From Acidimicrobiia bacterium (GTDB lineage: Bacteria > Actinomycetota > Acidimicrobiia > Spongiisociales > ZC4RG35), in NCBI GenBank assembly GCA_040902855.1, contig JBBDWN010000019.1:1-47543 (forward strand): a DNA stretch of 47,543 nucleotides. Reading direction: 5' to 3'. Positions 9,133 through 18,433 of this stretch are shown piece by piece. The position numbers and the translations under genes are program-made. The notes beneath the pieces are model-generated. The model saw only the letters and a program-made list of their open reading frames with translations, did not search any database and was not told the origin of the DNA. Positions within the stretch are counted from its first letter, which is position 1; each line of letters opens with the position of its first letter.

Positions 9133-9948
9133 ATGACCCCGCTCGTCTTCGCCGCCCTTGCCGCCGTCACATACGGCACAGCCGACTTCTACGGCGGCAT
9201 CGCGACGCGCCGGATCGATGCGACGCGAGTCGTCCTCTGGTCCCAGATCATCGGACTGGGAATCGGCCTGATCGTCGCGCCCGTGTTCGGCGGGTCGATG
9301 GGCCTCGCAGATGTCGGGTGGGGGGCCGCCGCCGGTCTTGCCGGTGCGGTCGGACTCGTCTCGCTCTATCGGGGGCTTTCGGCGGGCAGAGCTGCGGTGG
9401 TGGCGCCGATCTCGGGGGTTCTCTCGGGGGTCGTGCCCGCGGTAGTCGGCTTCGCCGTGGGGGAGCGGTCGTCGGTCGTGACGGTCCTCGGGTTCGTTCT
9501 TGCCGCCGTGGCGGTGTGGCTCGTGAGCGGCGGACGCCTGGAAGCGGGATCCGGCTTCTCGTACGGCGTGTTGGCTGGCGTCGGATTCGGGCTCTTCTTC
9601 GTGCTGCTCTCGCCGATCTCGGCCGACGCCGGTCTGTGGCCTCTCATTCCGGCTCGATCGGCGTCGATCGCGGTCATGCTGTGGATGGGCCGACGGAGTG
9701 CGCCGGCGGTGTTCGACTGGTCGACTCGCCGGCTCGTCGGTGCGGTCGGAGTCGGAGACATGGCGGCCAATGTGTTCATCCTTCTGGCGCTGCAACGGGG
9801 TCCGCTGGGCGAGGGAGCGGTGGTGTCCTCCCTCTATCCGGCGGTCACCGTGGTTCTCGCTGCCCTGATTCTCCGTGAGGCGGTCCGTCGGTCCCAGTGG
9901 ATCGGTCTCGGGTTGGCGGTCGTGGCGATGGCCCTCATCGCCGGCTGA
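9133..9948 (+). CDS. EamA/DMT-family transporter
   Basis: ATG at 9133 gives MTPLVFAALAAVTYGTADFYGG. About 9-10 hydrophobic helices, 271 aa. The upstream part of the track ORF (8527-) is the off-frame of the dehydrogenase gene. Confidence 0.7.
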   Translation: MTPLVFAALAAVTYGTADFYGGIATRRIDATRVVLWSQIIGLGIGLIVAPVFGGSMGLADVGWGAAAGLAGAVGLVSLYRGLSAGRAAVVAPISGVLSGVVPAVVGFAVGERSSVVTVLGFVLAAVAVWLVSGGRLEAGSGFSYGVLAGVGFGLFFVLLSPISADAGLWPLIPARSASIAVMLWMGRRSAPAVFDWSTRRLVGAVGVGDMAANVFILLALQRGPLGEGAVVSSLYPAVTVVLAALILREAVRRSQWIGLGLAVVAMALIAG

Positions 9949-9950
9949 CG

Positions 9951-10385
9951 TCAGCGGATGACGAGCCAGCCGCCGACACACAGCAACGCCAGTCCGATCA
10001 CCGTCTCGAGATCGATCGGATCGGCTGTGCCTTCGAACATTCCGAAGTGGGCGATCGTCGAACTGGCAGCGAATTGGGCCGCGGTGACGGCTGCCAGCGT
10101 GGGGACGAGCCCGATCCGCGGTGCTGCGAATCCGATCGTCCCGACGATCACGAGTCCCAGGATTCCGACCAGATACGCCCACCAGGGCGCACGGCGCCAG
10201 ACGGCGAAGTCGATTCCGCCGGCGGCCAAGCGAGCGATGCCGATCGCGGCACCGGCCGAGAGGAAACTCACGGTGACCGCATCGAAGGTCCCCAGACGGC
10301 CGTCGAGCACCCCGGCGAACTGAGCCTGGAGGGCGATGGCGATTCCGCCCACGAGGGCGATGGTAAGGACGAGTGCCGGATTCAT
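9951..10385 (-). CDS. Small DMT-superfamily membrane protein (DUF606/YdcZ-like)
   Basis: 144 aa with 4-5 TM helices (MNPALVLTIALVGGIAIALQAQF...). It starts 6 bp after the EutB-like stop, so it is probably co-transcribed. Confidence 0.6.
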   Translation of the reverse strand: MNPALVLTIALVGGIAIALQAQFAGVLDGRLGTFDAVTVSFLSAGAAIGIARLAAGGIDFAVWRRAPWWAYLVGILGLVIVGTIGFAAPRIGLVPTLAAVTAAQFAASSTIAHFGMFEGTADPIDLETVIGLALLCVGGWLVIR

Positions 10386-10391
10386 GAGGAG

Positions 10392-11429
10392 TCAGTCTGG
10401 CTGGTTTGGGCGCCGCTTCCGAGTATCGGTCGCCAGTTCCTCGGCGAGTTCGGCGAGGTGTCGCGCCTCGATGTTCGATCCGGTGCAGATGATCGCAAGC
10501 CCGGGGTCGCCCAAGATCTTGCCGGCCAGTACCGCCCCGATCCCGACCGCCGCCCCGCCTTCCAGCACGAGTCGGTGGTGTTCGAGGGCGTATCTCATCC
10601 CTGCCCAGATGTCTCGTTCCTCGACGAGCACGATGTCGTCGACGAGGTCTGCCACGATGTCGAACGTGTGGCGGTTGTCGAGTCCGATTCCGCCCTGGAG
10701 GGAATCGGCGAGGGTCTGGCGCTCGGGCATGTCGACCGGCTTGCCCGCCTCGACGCTGGCTGCCATGACCGCTGCCCGTCGCATGGACACTCCGATCACG
10801 CGGATCGACGGATCGAACGCCTTGGTGGCGATCGCGACCCCCGCGGCGAGCCCGCCCCCTGACAACGGCACCACGACCGTGCGGACACCGGGCATCTGCT
10901 CGGTGAGTTCGAGCCCGACTGTTCCCTGGCCGGCGATCACCTCGGGGTCGTCGAAGGGGTGGACCAACGTCATCCCGCGCTCGTTCACGAGTTGATCGGC
11001 ATTTGCAAGAGCCTCCGTCTGGGACGCTCCATCGATGACGAGTTCGCACCCCAGGGTTTCGAGGGCGGCGATCTTGCCCGGTGGGACCTCCACCGAGACA
11101 CAGACTGCGACCGGCATTCCGAGATGCGCGGCGACATGGGCGACGGCGCGCCCGTGATTGCCCGTCGAGGCTGTCACCACACCTCGGCTCCGGTCGGACT
11201 CGTCGAGTGAGAGGATTTTGGAGGCAGCGCCGCGGATCTTGAAGCTTCCGGTTGGCTGAACTGTCTCCAACTTCAGGGTGAGGTTGCCGAGCCCTGGCGC
11301 GATCACCGTCGGCGTGCGCACCGCAATTCCCGAGATCCGGCGAGCAGCGTCGGCGATGTCGTCTGCCGTGGGTCGTTCAGGTCTCAATGGTCGTCCCGAG
11401 GCCGGCTTCGTTGCACCTCGCCACCGCAA
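10392..11429 (-). CDS. eutB: PLP-dependent threonine/serine dehydratase family (EutB-like, hydroxyectoine utilisation)
   Basis: PLP-lysine motif SFKIRGA, plus STGNHG and the glycine loop SGGGLAAG. The track start at 11429 overlaps the upstream gene by 53 nt. A TTG at 11387 (overlap 11 nt) is an alternative. The EutB assignment rests on context. Confidence 0.7.
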   Translation of the reverse strand: MRWRGATKPASGRPLRPERPTADDIADAARRISGIAVRTPTVIAPGLGNLTLKLETVQPTGSFKIRGAASKILSLDESDRSRGVVTASTGNHGRAVAHVAAHLGMPVAVCVSVEVPPGKIAALETLGCELVIDGASQTEALANADQLVNERGMTLVHPFDDPEVIAGQGTVGLELTEQMPGVRTVVVPLSGGGLAAGVAIATKAFDPSIRVIGVSMRRAAVMAASVEAGKPVDMPERQTLADSLQGGIGLDNRHTFDIVADLVDDIVLVEERDIWAGMRYALEHHRLVLEGGAAVGIGAVLAGKILGDPGLAIICTGSNIEARHLAELAEELATDTRKRRPNQPD

Positions 11430-12357
11430 GTCCGGCGATTGCCGTGTCCTGGGCGCCGGTGCCTGTCAGGTCACACACGGTGATCGCTTCTCTCGACGTC
11501 CGACCTCCGTTTCCGCCGATGACCGCTCCGAGTTCGACTGCTTCGACGATCAGGCCCGCGTCGAAGGCGGCTCGTAGCTCGCCCAGCCGCCTGCTCTGGG
11601 AGATGGAGTCGCATACGAACGGGCCGGCGGCGGCGACGAGGGACGTCGCTAGCTCCTGTTTGTGTTCGGCATCTGAACCGACGGCCGTCACGTGGGCGCC
11701 GGGCGTCAGCATCGTCTCGTCGACCAGCGGATGGGCCGAGGGTGTCGTCGTGATCACGATGTCCGCTCCCGCCACGGCCGACTCGACTGTGGCGTGAGAC
11801 GTCACCGGCAGATCGAGTTGGTCCGACGCGACCTGGGCGAACCGGGTCGCCTTGGTGTCATCGCGAGCCCACACCGTGGCCTGCTTCACGGATCGGACCA
11901 GCAGTGACGCTTCGAGTTGGAGCCGGGCCTGAGTTCCTGCGCCGATGATGGCGACCGTCGCGGAGTCCGGGTTGGAGAGGTGCTGCGCGGCGACCGCACC
12001 TGCCAGGGCGGTTCGGAGGTCGGTGAGATATCCGTTGTCGAAGAGGGCCGCCAGAGGCACACCCGTCTGGGCATCCAGCAAGACCATCAGTCCTCCCAGG
12101 CTCGGCAGCCCCCGCGCCGGGTTGTCGAAGAAGCCCGCCGACAGCTTCACGGCGATTCCGGGGTGCCCGGGCAAGTAGGCGGACTTGATGTCGATCTCGC
12201 CGTTGTGGTCCGGTACGTCGATACGCATGATCGGCGGCATCACTGCGGTTCCCGCGGTGATCAGCGGATAGACGGACTCGATCGTCTTCAGTTCTTCTTC
12301 GCCGAGTGTGACCACCGACCGCAGGTCGGATTCGGTGAGTACCCGGATCGTCGTCAT
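11377..12357 (-). CDS. eutC: Ornithine cyclodeaminase / mu-crystallin family (EutC-like)
   Basis: 326 aa with the Rossmann motif VAIIGAGTQARLQ and the family-typical N-terminus MTTIRVLTESDLRSV. The EutC assignment rests on context. Confidence 0.7.
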   Translation of the reverse strand: MTTIRVLTESDLRSVVTLGEEELKTIESVYPLITAGTAVMPPIMRIDVPDHNGEIDIKSAYLPGHPGIAVKLSAGFFDNPARGLPSLGGLMVLLDAQTGVPLAALFDNGYLTDLRTALAGAVAAQHLSNPDSATVAIIGAGTQARLQLEASLLVRSVKQATVWARDDTKATRFAQVASDQLDLPVTSHATVESAVAGADIVITTTPSAHPLVDETMLTPGAHVTAVGSDAEHKQELATSLVAAAGPFVCDSISQSRRLGELRAAFDAGLIVEAVELGAVIGGNGGRTSREAITVCDLTGTGAQDTAIAGLAVARCNEAGLGTTIET

Positions 12358-12361
12358 GGGA

Positions 12362-13534
12362 TCAGACCCTTGCCAGTGCTCCGTCGAGATCCTCGAGCAG
12401 GTCCTCGACGTCCTCGATGCCGGTCGAATAGCGGATGAGTCCTTCCGGAATGCCCAATGCGGCCCGTTCCTCTGCGGTGCACTCGACGTGGCTCGTGGTG
12501 GCGGGAGGTCCGACGATCGTCTCGACCGAACCGAGGTTGGCGGCTCCGTTGGCCAGACGGAGGCCAGGGAGGAAGCGGCGTACTGCGTCGAGCCCGCCGT
12601 CGAGGCCGAAGCTCAGCATGCCGCCGAAACCGCGCATTTGGCGCAGCGCCACCTCGTGCTGGGGATGGGAAGCCAACCCGGGATAGTTGACGACCGGGAT
12701 CTTGGGATGGGATTCGAGGTACTCGGCGATCCTGTGGGCATTCGCCCCCTGGCGCTCGACTCGGAGATGCAGCGTCTTCATGCCCCGCAGCAGGAGGTAG
12801 GCCGCCATCGGATGCAACGTTGCCCCGTTGATCTCCCGGTAGTGATAGACGCCGCGAACGAGGTCTTTGGAGCCCACGACGACCCCGCCAAGCGCGTCGG
12901 CGTGGCCACCGAGGAACTTGGTCGCGCTGTGGACGACGAGGTCGGCGCCGAACGCGATCGGGTTCTGGTTGATCGGAGTCGCGAACGTGTTGTCGACGAT
13001 CACGGTTGCCCCGGCTGCGTGACCGGCACCGATGAGTCGCTCCAGATCGAGGATCTTGAGCGTCGGGTTGGTCGGAGTCTCGAGGTAGAGCACGTCGCAG
13101 CCTCTGGTGATCGCTGCTTCGATCGCGGCGAAGTCGGTCGTGTCGACGAGATCGACGTCCACGCCGAACCGCGGGAGGAAGTCGGTGAAGACCTTGGCGG
13201 TGCCCCCGTACGTGTCCTTGACGCTGACGACTCTCGAGCCGGGGGTGAGGAGCGAGTGCAGCGTGTTGGAGATGACTGCCATCCCGGTCGATGCCGAGGT
13301 GGCCGCCTCCGCCCCCTCGAGCAGTCGGACCTTCTCTTCGAACACGTCCACGGTGGGGTTGGTGTTCCGGCCGTAGATGTGGCCTTCCTCGTTGCCGACG
13401 GCGACGTCGAGCCATTCGTCGAAGTCGTCGTATCCGAACGAGACGCTGTGGACGACCGGGACCTGGGTGGCCCGCTCGAATCGGGGCCCGTCTTCGCCGC
13501 CCCAGACGGCGATGGTTGCAGTGCGATCAGTCAT
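12362..13534 (-). CDS. Cys/Met-metabolism PLP-dependent enzyme (cystathionine gamma-synthase/lyase, methionine gamma-lyase family)
   Basis: 390 aa. Motifs YGRNTNPT, ASTGMAVI, and the PLP-lysine motif HSATKFLGGHAD. C-terminal motif IRYSTGIEDVEDL. Confidence 0.85.
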   Translation of the reverse strand: MTDRTATIAVWGGEDGPRFERATQVPVVHSVSFGYDDFDEWLDVAVGNEEGHIYGRNTNPTVDVFEEKVRLLEGAEAATSASTGMAVISNTLHSLLTPGSRVVSVKDTYGGTAKVFTDFLPRFGVDVDLVDTTDFAAIEAAITRGCDVLYLETPTNPTLKILDLERLIGAGHAAGATVIVDNTFATPINQNPIAFGADLVVHSATKFLGGHADALGGVVVGSKDLVRGVYHYREINGATLHPMAAYLLLRGMKTLHLRVERQGANAHRIAEYLESHPKIPVVNYPGLASHPQHEVALRQMRGFGGMLSFGLDGGLDAVRRFLPGLRLANGAANLGSVETIVGPPATTSHVECTAEERAALGIPEGLIRYSTGIEDVEDLLEDLDGALARV

Positions 13535-14217
13535 CAGAAGTTGGGCATCCTTGTCACGTGTTGGTTGAATCGGCTGAGGAGCATGCGCATGTGTGCCGTG
13601 CGTATCTCGGCCAGCCGGTTTCCGGATTCACCCTCGAGTGCTTCGAGGGTCTGTTCGACCTCCTCGGCCATGATGTCGATCTCGGTATCGAGATCCATTT
13701 CCGGGAGGAATTGCATCCACAGCCTCGCCGTCTGCACGTAGAGCAGATCGTGGATGCGGGTGAGGGCGGCGTTCTCGACGATCGAGAGCATCGCTTCGTG
13801 GAATCGGTTGTAGGCGGCACCGAGATCACGGACCGACCTCGTGCGCTTGACCTCGGCGAGGTCCACTCGGACGGCCCGGACCGACGCCACCGCCGCCTCG
13901 GAGGCGGGGAGGCGGACGAACTCGCTCACGAGTTCTCCGATCTTCAGGCGGACCGCCCATACGTCGCGAAGCGCCTTCATGTCGATGGCCGACACACGGG
14001 CTCCCGCACCTTCGATGCTCTCGACCAGCCCCTCGAATTCGAGGTGGTCGAGCACCTGGCGGATCGGTGTCCGACTCACCCCGAACTCAGCGGCGAGATG
14101 CTCTTCCCGCAGCCGGGAACCGGGAGGAAGGTCGAGCAGAGTGATTCTCTCGCGCAGTTCGCGGTGGATCTGTTCTTGGGTGGGCTTTCCCCAGTCAGGG
14201 GACTGAACCGTGGTCAT
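13534..14217 (-). CDS. GntR-family transcriptional regulator, FadR (FCD) subfamily
   Basis: ATG at 14217 preceded by GGAGGAAGA. wHTH segment LAAEFGVSRTPIRQVLDHLEFEGLV followed by a helical C-terminal domain. Stop and next start overlap (TGATG at 13532-13536). Confidence 0.85.
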   Translation of the reverse strand: MTTVQSPDWGKPTQEQIHRELRERITLLDLPPGSRLREEHLAAEFGVSRTPIRQVLDHLEFEGLVESIEGAGARVSAIDMKALRDVWAVRLKIGELVSEFVRLPASEAAVASVRAVRVDLAEVKRTRSVRDLGAAYNRFHEAMLSIVENAALTRIHDLLYVQTARLWMQFLPEMDLDTEIDIMAEEVEQTLEALEGESGNRLAEIRTAHMRMLLSRFNQHVTRMPNF

Positions 14218-14466
14218 TCTTCCTCCGAGCGGGTTTCGCAAGATCTCTGAGGACCGCGAAGAGACTTGATTGGATACAAATCGTACACATAGTGGACACA
14301 CGACGAATGCAATCTCTACACTCACCCTCGTCGACGGGAGAAGTCGCAGGCCGGTCGGGCAAGCGCGTGTCAGTGGATACGCCCCCCGACCTCGACGCAC
14401 GTCTCCTGTCACCGGCGGCCGAATGCGAAATGCCGGGCCAATCAACGAATACCGGAGGAACATCCG

Positions 14467-16170
14467 ATGACACACAGATCACGTCTTACGTGGCTCCTGG
14501 CGCTCCTGGCGCTCGTGCTCGCAGCATGCGGCGGAGGAGACACAGGAGCCGACGACGACACCGACTCGACCACGACCACGGCTGCCCCGGCCGGCGATGG
14601 TCTGCTCGGCGAACTGCAGGCGTCGGGGACGGTTCGGGTTGGGATTGCGAATGAGGTGCCGTACGGGTACGAGGACGAGGACGGGAATGTGACTGGTGAG
14701 GCGCCGGAGGTGGCGAAAGCCGTGCTGGCGAATCTCGGTATCGACAATGTCGAGGCGGTCGTGGTGGAGTTCGGGACGTTGATCCCGGGTTTGCAGGCGG
14801 GTCAGTTCGACATGATCGCGGCGGGGATGTTCATCACTCCCGACCGGGCCGCCCAGATCATCTTCTCGGATCCGGACTACTGCGTGTCGAACGCGTTCGC
14901 GGTGGTGGACGGGAATCCGCTGGGGATCAGTGACTTCGGCTCGATCATCGATTCGGGTGCCACCTTGGCGGTGCTGTCTGGGGCCGTGGATGAGGGGTAT
15001 GCGGTCGATTCGGGTGTGCCGGATGACCAGATCGAACGCTTCTCTGATGTGAACGCCCAATATGACGCGCTTGCTGCGGGTCGGGTGGATGCGGTGTCGG
15101 GGACGGCGCTGACGGTGAACACCCAGGCCGACGCGCGAGACGGTCTGGAGGCCACGCCTGGTTTCTTCCCGGTGATCGATGGTGTGGAGCAGGTCGGTTG
15201 TGGCGGTTTCGGGTTCCTGGATCAGGGGTTTCGTGACGCGTTCAATGCCGAGCTGAAGAAGCTGCAGGCGGATGGGACGGTCGAAGAGATCGTCACTTCC
15301 TTCGGTTTCGCTGCCGCCGACGTCGAAAAAGCCGCCAGCCTGACCGCCGAAGAGCTCGCCAACCCCGGAGGCGGCGACGGCGAGGCCATGGCCGAATCCG
15401 AACTTCTCGCAGCGCTGCAGGCGTCGGGGACGGTTCGGGTTGGGATTGCGAATGAGGTGCCGTACGGGTACGAGGACGAGGACGGGAATGTGACTGGTGA
15501 GGCGCCGGAGGTGGCGAAAGCCGTGCTGGCGAATCTCGGTATCGACAATGTCGAGGCGGTCGTGGTGGAGTTCGGGACGTTGATCCCGGGTTTGCAGGCG
15601 GGTCAGTTCGACATGATCGCGGCGGGGATGTTCATCACTCCCGACCGGGCCGCCCAGATCATCTTCTCGGATCCGGACTACTGCGTGTCGAACGCGTTCG
15701 CGGTGGTGGACGGGAATCCGCTGGGGATCAGTGACTTCGGCTCGATCATCGATTCGGGTGCCACCTTGGCGGTGCTGTCTGGGGCCGTGGATGAGGGGTA
15801 TGCGGTCGATTCGGGTGTGCCGGATGACCAGATCGAACGCTTCTCTGATGTGAACGCCCAATATGACGCGCTTGCTGCGGGTCGGGTGGATGCGGTGTCG
15901 GGGACGGCGCTGACGGTGAACACCCAGGCCGACGCGCGAGACGGTCTGGAGGCCACGCCTGGTTTCTTCCCGGTGATCGATGGTGTGGAGCAGGTCGGTT
16001 GTGGCGGTTTCGGGTTCCTGGATCAGGGGTTTCGTGACGCGTTCAATGCCGAGCTGAAGAAGCTGCAGGCGGATGGGACGGTCGAAGAGATCGTCACGTC
16101 CTTCGGTTTCGCAGCCGCCGACGTCGAAAAAGCCGCCGCCCTCACCGCCGAGGAGCTTTCCACTCCCTGA
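14467..16170 (+). CDS. ehuB: ABC transporter substrate-binding lipoprotein with two tandem EhuB-like (ectoine/hydroxyectoine-type) modules
   Basis: RBS GGAGG 8 nt upstream. Signal peptide with lipobox LLALVLAAC. The module LQASGTVRVGIANEVPYGY...IPGLQAGQFDMIAAGMFITPDR... occurs twice with identical sequence. Confidence 0.75.
   Translation: MTHRSRLTWLLALLALVLAACGGGDTGADDDTDSTTTTAAPAGDGLLGELQASGTVRVGIANEVPYGYEDEDGNVTGEAPEVAKAVLANLGIDNVEAVVVEFGTLIPGLQAGQFDMIAAGMFITPDRAAQIIFSDPDYCVSNAFAVVDGNPLGISDFGSIIDSGATLAVLSGAVDEGYAVDSGVPDDQIERFSDVNAQYDALAAGRVDAVSGTALTVNTQADARDGLEATPGFFPVIDGVEQVGCGGFGFLDQGFRDAFNAELKKLQADGTVEEIVTSFGFAAADVEKAASLTAEELANPGGGDGEAMAESELLAALQASGTVRVGIANEVPYGYEDEDGNVTGEAPEVAKAVLANLGIDNVEAVVVEFGTLIPGLQAGQFDMIAAGMFITPDRAAQIIFSDPDYCVSNAFAVVDGNPLGISDFGSIIDSGATLAVLSGAVDEGYAVDSGVPDDQIERFSDVNAQYDALAAGRVDAVSGTALTVNTQADARDGLEATPGFFPVIDGVEQVGCGGFGFLDQGFRDAFNAELKKLQADGTVEEIVTSFGFAAADVEKAAALTAEELSTP
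14614..16152 (+). repeat. 801-bp in-frame tandem duplication (2 units)
   Basis: 14614-15296 equals 15415-16097 base for base on my reading (683 bp). The following ~55 bp of each unit are similar but not identical. Confidence 0.9.
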
Positions 16171-16234
16171 ACCAGCAGACGAGGGGTGGGTCCGGTAAGT
16201 TGCCGGGCCCACCCCGACCGACCGGGAGGAACAC

Positions 16235-16975
16235 ATGCCCGATCTGATCCTCAGCCCGAGCAACTACGCCCGGCTGATGGAAGGTCTGGTCGTCACCGTG
16301 CAGGTGCTGATCGGCTCGGTCATCCTCGGAACGCTGCTGTCGCTGTTCTTCGGAATCGGCCGGCTTTCGGAGCGGGCCTGGGTCAGACGGGCCTCGTCGG
16401 CGTACGTCGAGTTCGCCCGCGGAGCGTCGGCGATCATTCTCCTGTTCTGGATGTTCTTCGCGCTGCCGATCCTCTTCGGCATTCGCGGCTGGTCGCCGAT
16501 GACAGCGGGGATCCTGGCACTGGGCATCAACATGGGGGCGTACGGCGCCGAGATCGTCCGGGGTGCGGTCAAGTCGGTTTCCAAGGGCCAGACCGAGGCC
16601 GCCATCGCCCTCAACCTCTCGAACACCCAGCGCCTGCGTCACGTCGTCCTTCCGCAGGCTGTTCCGGTGATTCTCCCGCCATACGGGAACCTGGTGATCG
16701 AGGTGATGAAGGGCACCGCACTCGTTTCGCTGATCACGCTCTCGGATCTCGCCTTCGAGGTGCAGAAACTCCGGGTGAACTCCGTGGTGATCGCGGACTC
16801 AGCCACGACGCCGATCCTCTACCTCAACGTGCTCGCCATCTACTTCATCCTGGCGTTCCTCATCGACCGAGTCTTCAAGATCGCCGAGCGCCGGGTCGCC
16901 GCCAAGTTCGGGGTGAAGCCGCCCCGCAGGAAGAGAGCCGGCCGTCCGACAGCGGGTGCGGGGGTGACAGGATGA
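16235..16975 (+). CDS. ehuC: Polar amino acid/ectoine-type ABC transporter permease
   Basis: 246 aa, His/Glu/Gln/Arg/opine permease-family layout (...ASAIILLFWMFFALP...GAYGAEIVRGAVKSVSKGQTEAA...). Confidence 0.75.
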   Translation: MPDLILSPSNYARLMEGLVVTVQVLIGSVILGTLLSLFFGIGRLSERAWVRRASSAYVEFARGASAIILLFWMFFALPILFGIRGWSPMTAGILALGINMGAYGAEIVRGAVKSVSKGQTEAAIALNLSNTQRLRHVVLPQAVPVILPPYGNLVIEVMKGTALVSLITLSDLAFEVQKLRVNSVVIADSATTPILYLNVLAIYFILAFLIDRVFKIAERRVAAKFGVKPPRRKRAGRPTAGAGVTG

Positions 16976-17652
16976 ACCAGCTCGCCGATCGCCCCAAGTG
17001 GAACTGGGACGTCGTCTGGGAGCATCTCCCCGCCATCTGGGGCGGCATGGTCGTGATCATCCAGGCGACCCTCGCCGGCATCACCATTGCCATGATCCTC
17101 GGGCTCTTCCTGGCGTTGGGTCGTCGCTCGGAACGACGGTGGATCTCCTGGCCCTTCGCGGCGTTCATCGATTTCATCCGCAGCACGCCCCTGCTGATCC
17201 AACTCTTCTTCGTATTCTTCGCGCTGCCCGAGATGGGGATCGTGCTGGGAGCCAGAACGTCGCTGATTCTGGGTCTCGGCGTTCATTACGCCACCTACGC
17301 CTCAGAGGCGTACCGGGCGGGGATCGACGCCGTCGACAAGGGGCAATGGGAGGCTGCCACGGCGTTGAACCTGGGAACAGGGACGACGTGGCAGAAGGTG
17401 GTCCTGCCGCAGGCCATCCCCAAGGTGATCCCTGCCCTGGGCAACTTCTTGGTCGCCATGATCAAGGATGCTCCGCTCGGATCGTCCATCGGGGTGGCCG
17501 GCGTCCTGTTCGTTGCCAGGTCGATCGGATCGCAGACCTTCTTCTATGTCGAGACGATGACCATGGCCGGGGTGCTGTTCCTGGTCGTCAGTGTTCCTGC
17601 AGCCCTGTTCGTCCAGTTCTTGGAGAGGAAATATGGTTACGAAGCCGCCTGA
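16972..17652 (+). CDS. ehuD: Polar amino acid/ectoine-type ABC transporter permease
   Basis: ATGA overlap with the previous gene. 226 aa (...[19 protein letters not shown]...[23 protein letters not shown]...). Confidence 0.75.
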   Translation: MNQLADRPKWNWDVVWEHLPAIWGGMVVIIQATLAGITIAMILGLFLALGRRSERRWISWPFAAFIDFIRSTPLLIQLFFVFFALPEMGIVLGARTSLILGLGVHYATYASEAYRAGIDAVDKGQWEAATALNLGTGTTWQKVVLPQAIPKVIPALGNFLVAMIKDAPLGSSIGVAGVLFVARSIGSQTFFYVETMTMAGVLFLVVSVPAALFVQFLERKYGYEAA

Positions 17653-18433
17653 GACACCGAAGTCGGAGATGATGGTGCGGATGCGGAAGGTCACCAAGGC
17701 CTTCGGCGAGAACGTCGTCCTACGCGAACTCGACCTCGATGTGGCGCCTGGCGAGAAGGTCGTCATCATCGGCCCGAGCGGTTCGGGCAAGACGACGATC
17801 CTGCGGGTGGCGATGACGCTCGAGCGACCCGACTCGGGGACGGTCGAGATCGACGGGCGCCATCTCTACCACCAGGAGAAGAACGGGGAACTCGTCACGG
17901 CGAACGAGAAGCACATCAGGTCTGTGCGCTCAGACGTCTCGATGGTCTTCCAGCACTTCAATCTCTTCCCGCACATGACGGCGCTCGAGAACGTGACCCT
18001 CGCCCCCATCAAGGTGGCAGGCAAGAGCAAGGAAGAGGCGGAGGAGAGTGCCGTGCGCCTGCTGGAGTCTGTGGGTCTGGGAGACAAGACGACCCATCGC
18101 CCATCCGAACTGTCCGGTGGTCAGAAACAGCGCGTCGCCATTGCCCGGTCCCTCGCCATCGACCCGAAAGTGATGTGTTTCGACGAGGTGACATCGGCCC
18201 TCGATCCCGAACTCGTGGGAGAGGTGCTCGGAGTGCTGAGAAAGCTGGCAGAAGAGGGAGACATGACCATGATGCTGGTGACCCACGAGATGGGCTTCGC
18301 CAGCGAGATGGCCGATCGGGTCGTCATGTTCGATCATGGGCGGATCCTCGAAGACGGCCCTCCCTCCCAGATCTTCAAGGACCCGGCGCACGACCGGACC
18401 AAATCCTTCCTCAAAGCCGTGCTCCAACACTGA
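17633..18433 (+). CDS. ehuA: ABC transporter ATP-binding protein (polar amino acid/ectoine type)
   Basis: ATG at 17633 follows GGAGAGGAA. Walker [10 protein letters not shown], signature [15 protein letters not shown], Walker [12 protein letters not shown]. Confidence 0.85.
   Translation: MVTKPPETPKSEMMVRMRKVTKAFGENVVLRELDLDVAPGEKVVIIGPSGSGKTTILRVAMTLERPDSGTVEIDGRHLYHQEKNGELVTANEKHIRSVRSDVSMVFQHFNLFPHMTALENVTLAPIKVAGKSKEEAEESAVRLLESVGLGDKTTHRPSELSGGQKQRVAIARSLAIDPKVMCFDEVTSALDPELVGEVLGVLRKLAEEGDMTMMLVTHEMGFASEMADRVVMFDHGRILEDGPPSQIFKDPAHDRTKSFLKAVLQH

Noticed and set aside
14614-16152. Large direct repeat as a CRISPR array, IS element or rRNA-like repeat.
   Set aside because: There are only two units with no spacers. 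The repeat is entirely in frame within one CDS and encodes a complete binding-protein fold.
14479-16263. 594-aa minus-strand ORF with an internal repeat, plus the duplicated 92-aa ORFs at 14877-15155 and 15678-15956.
   Set aside because: These are antisense shadows of the duplicated ehuB-like gene. Their repetition only mirrors the 801-bp duplication.
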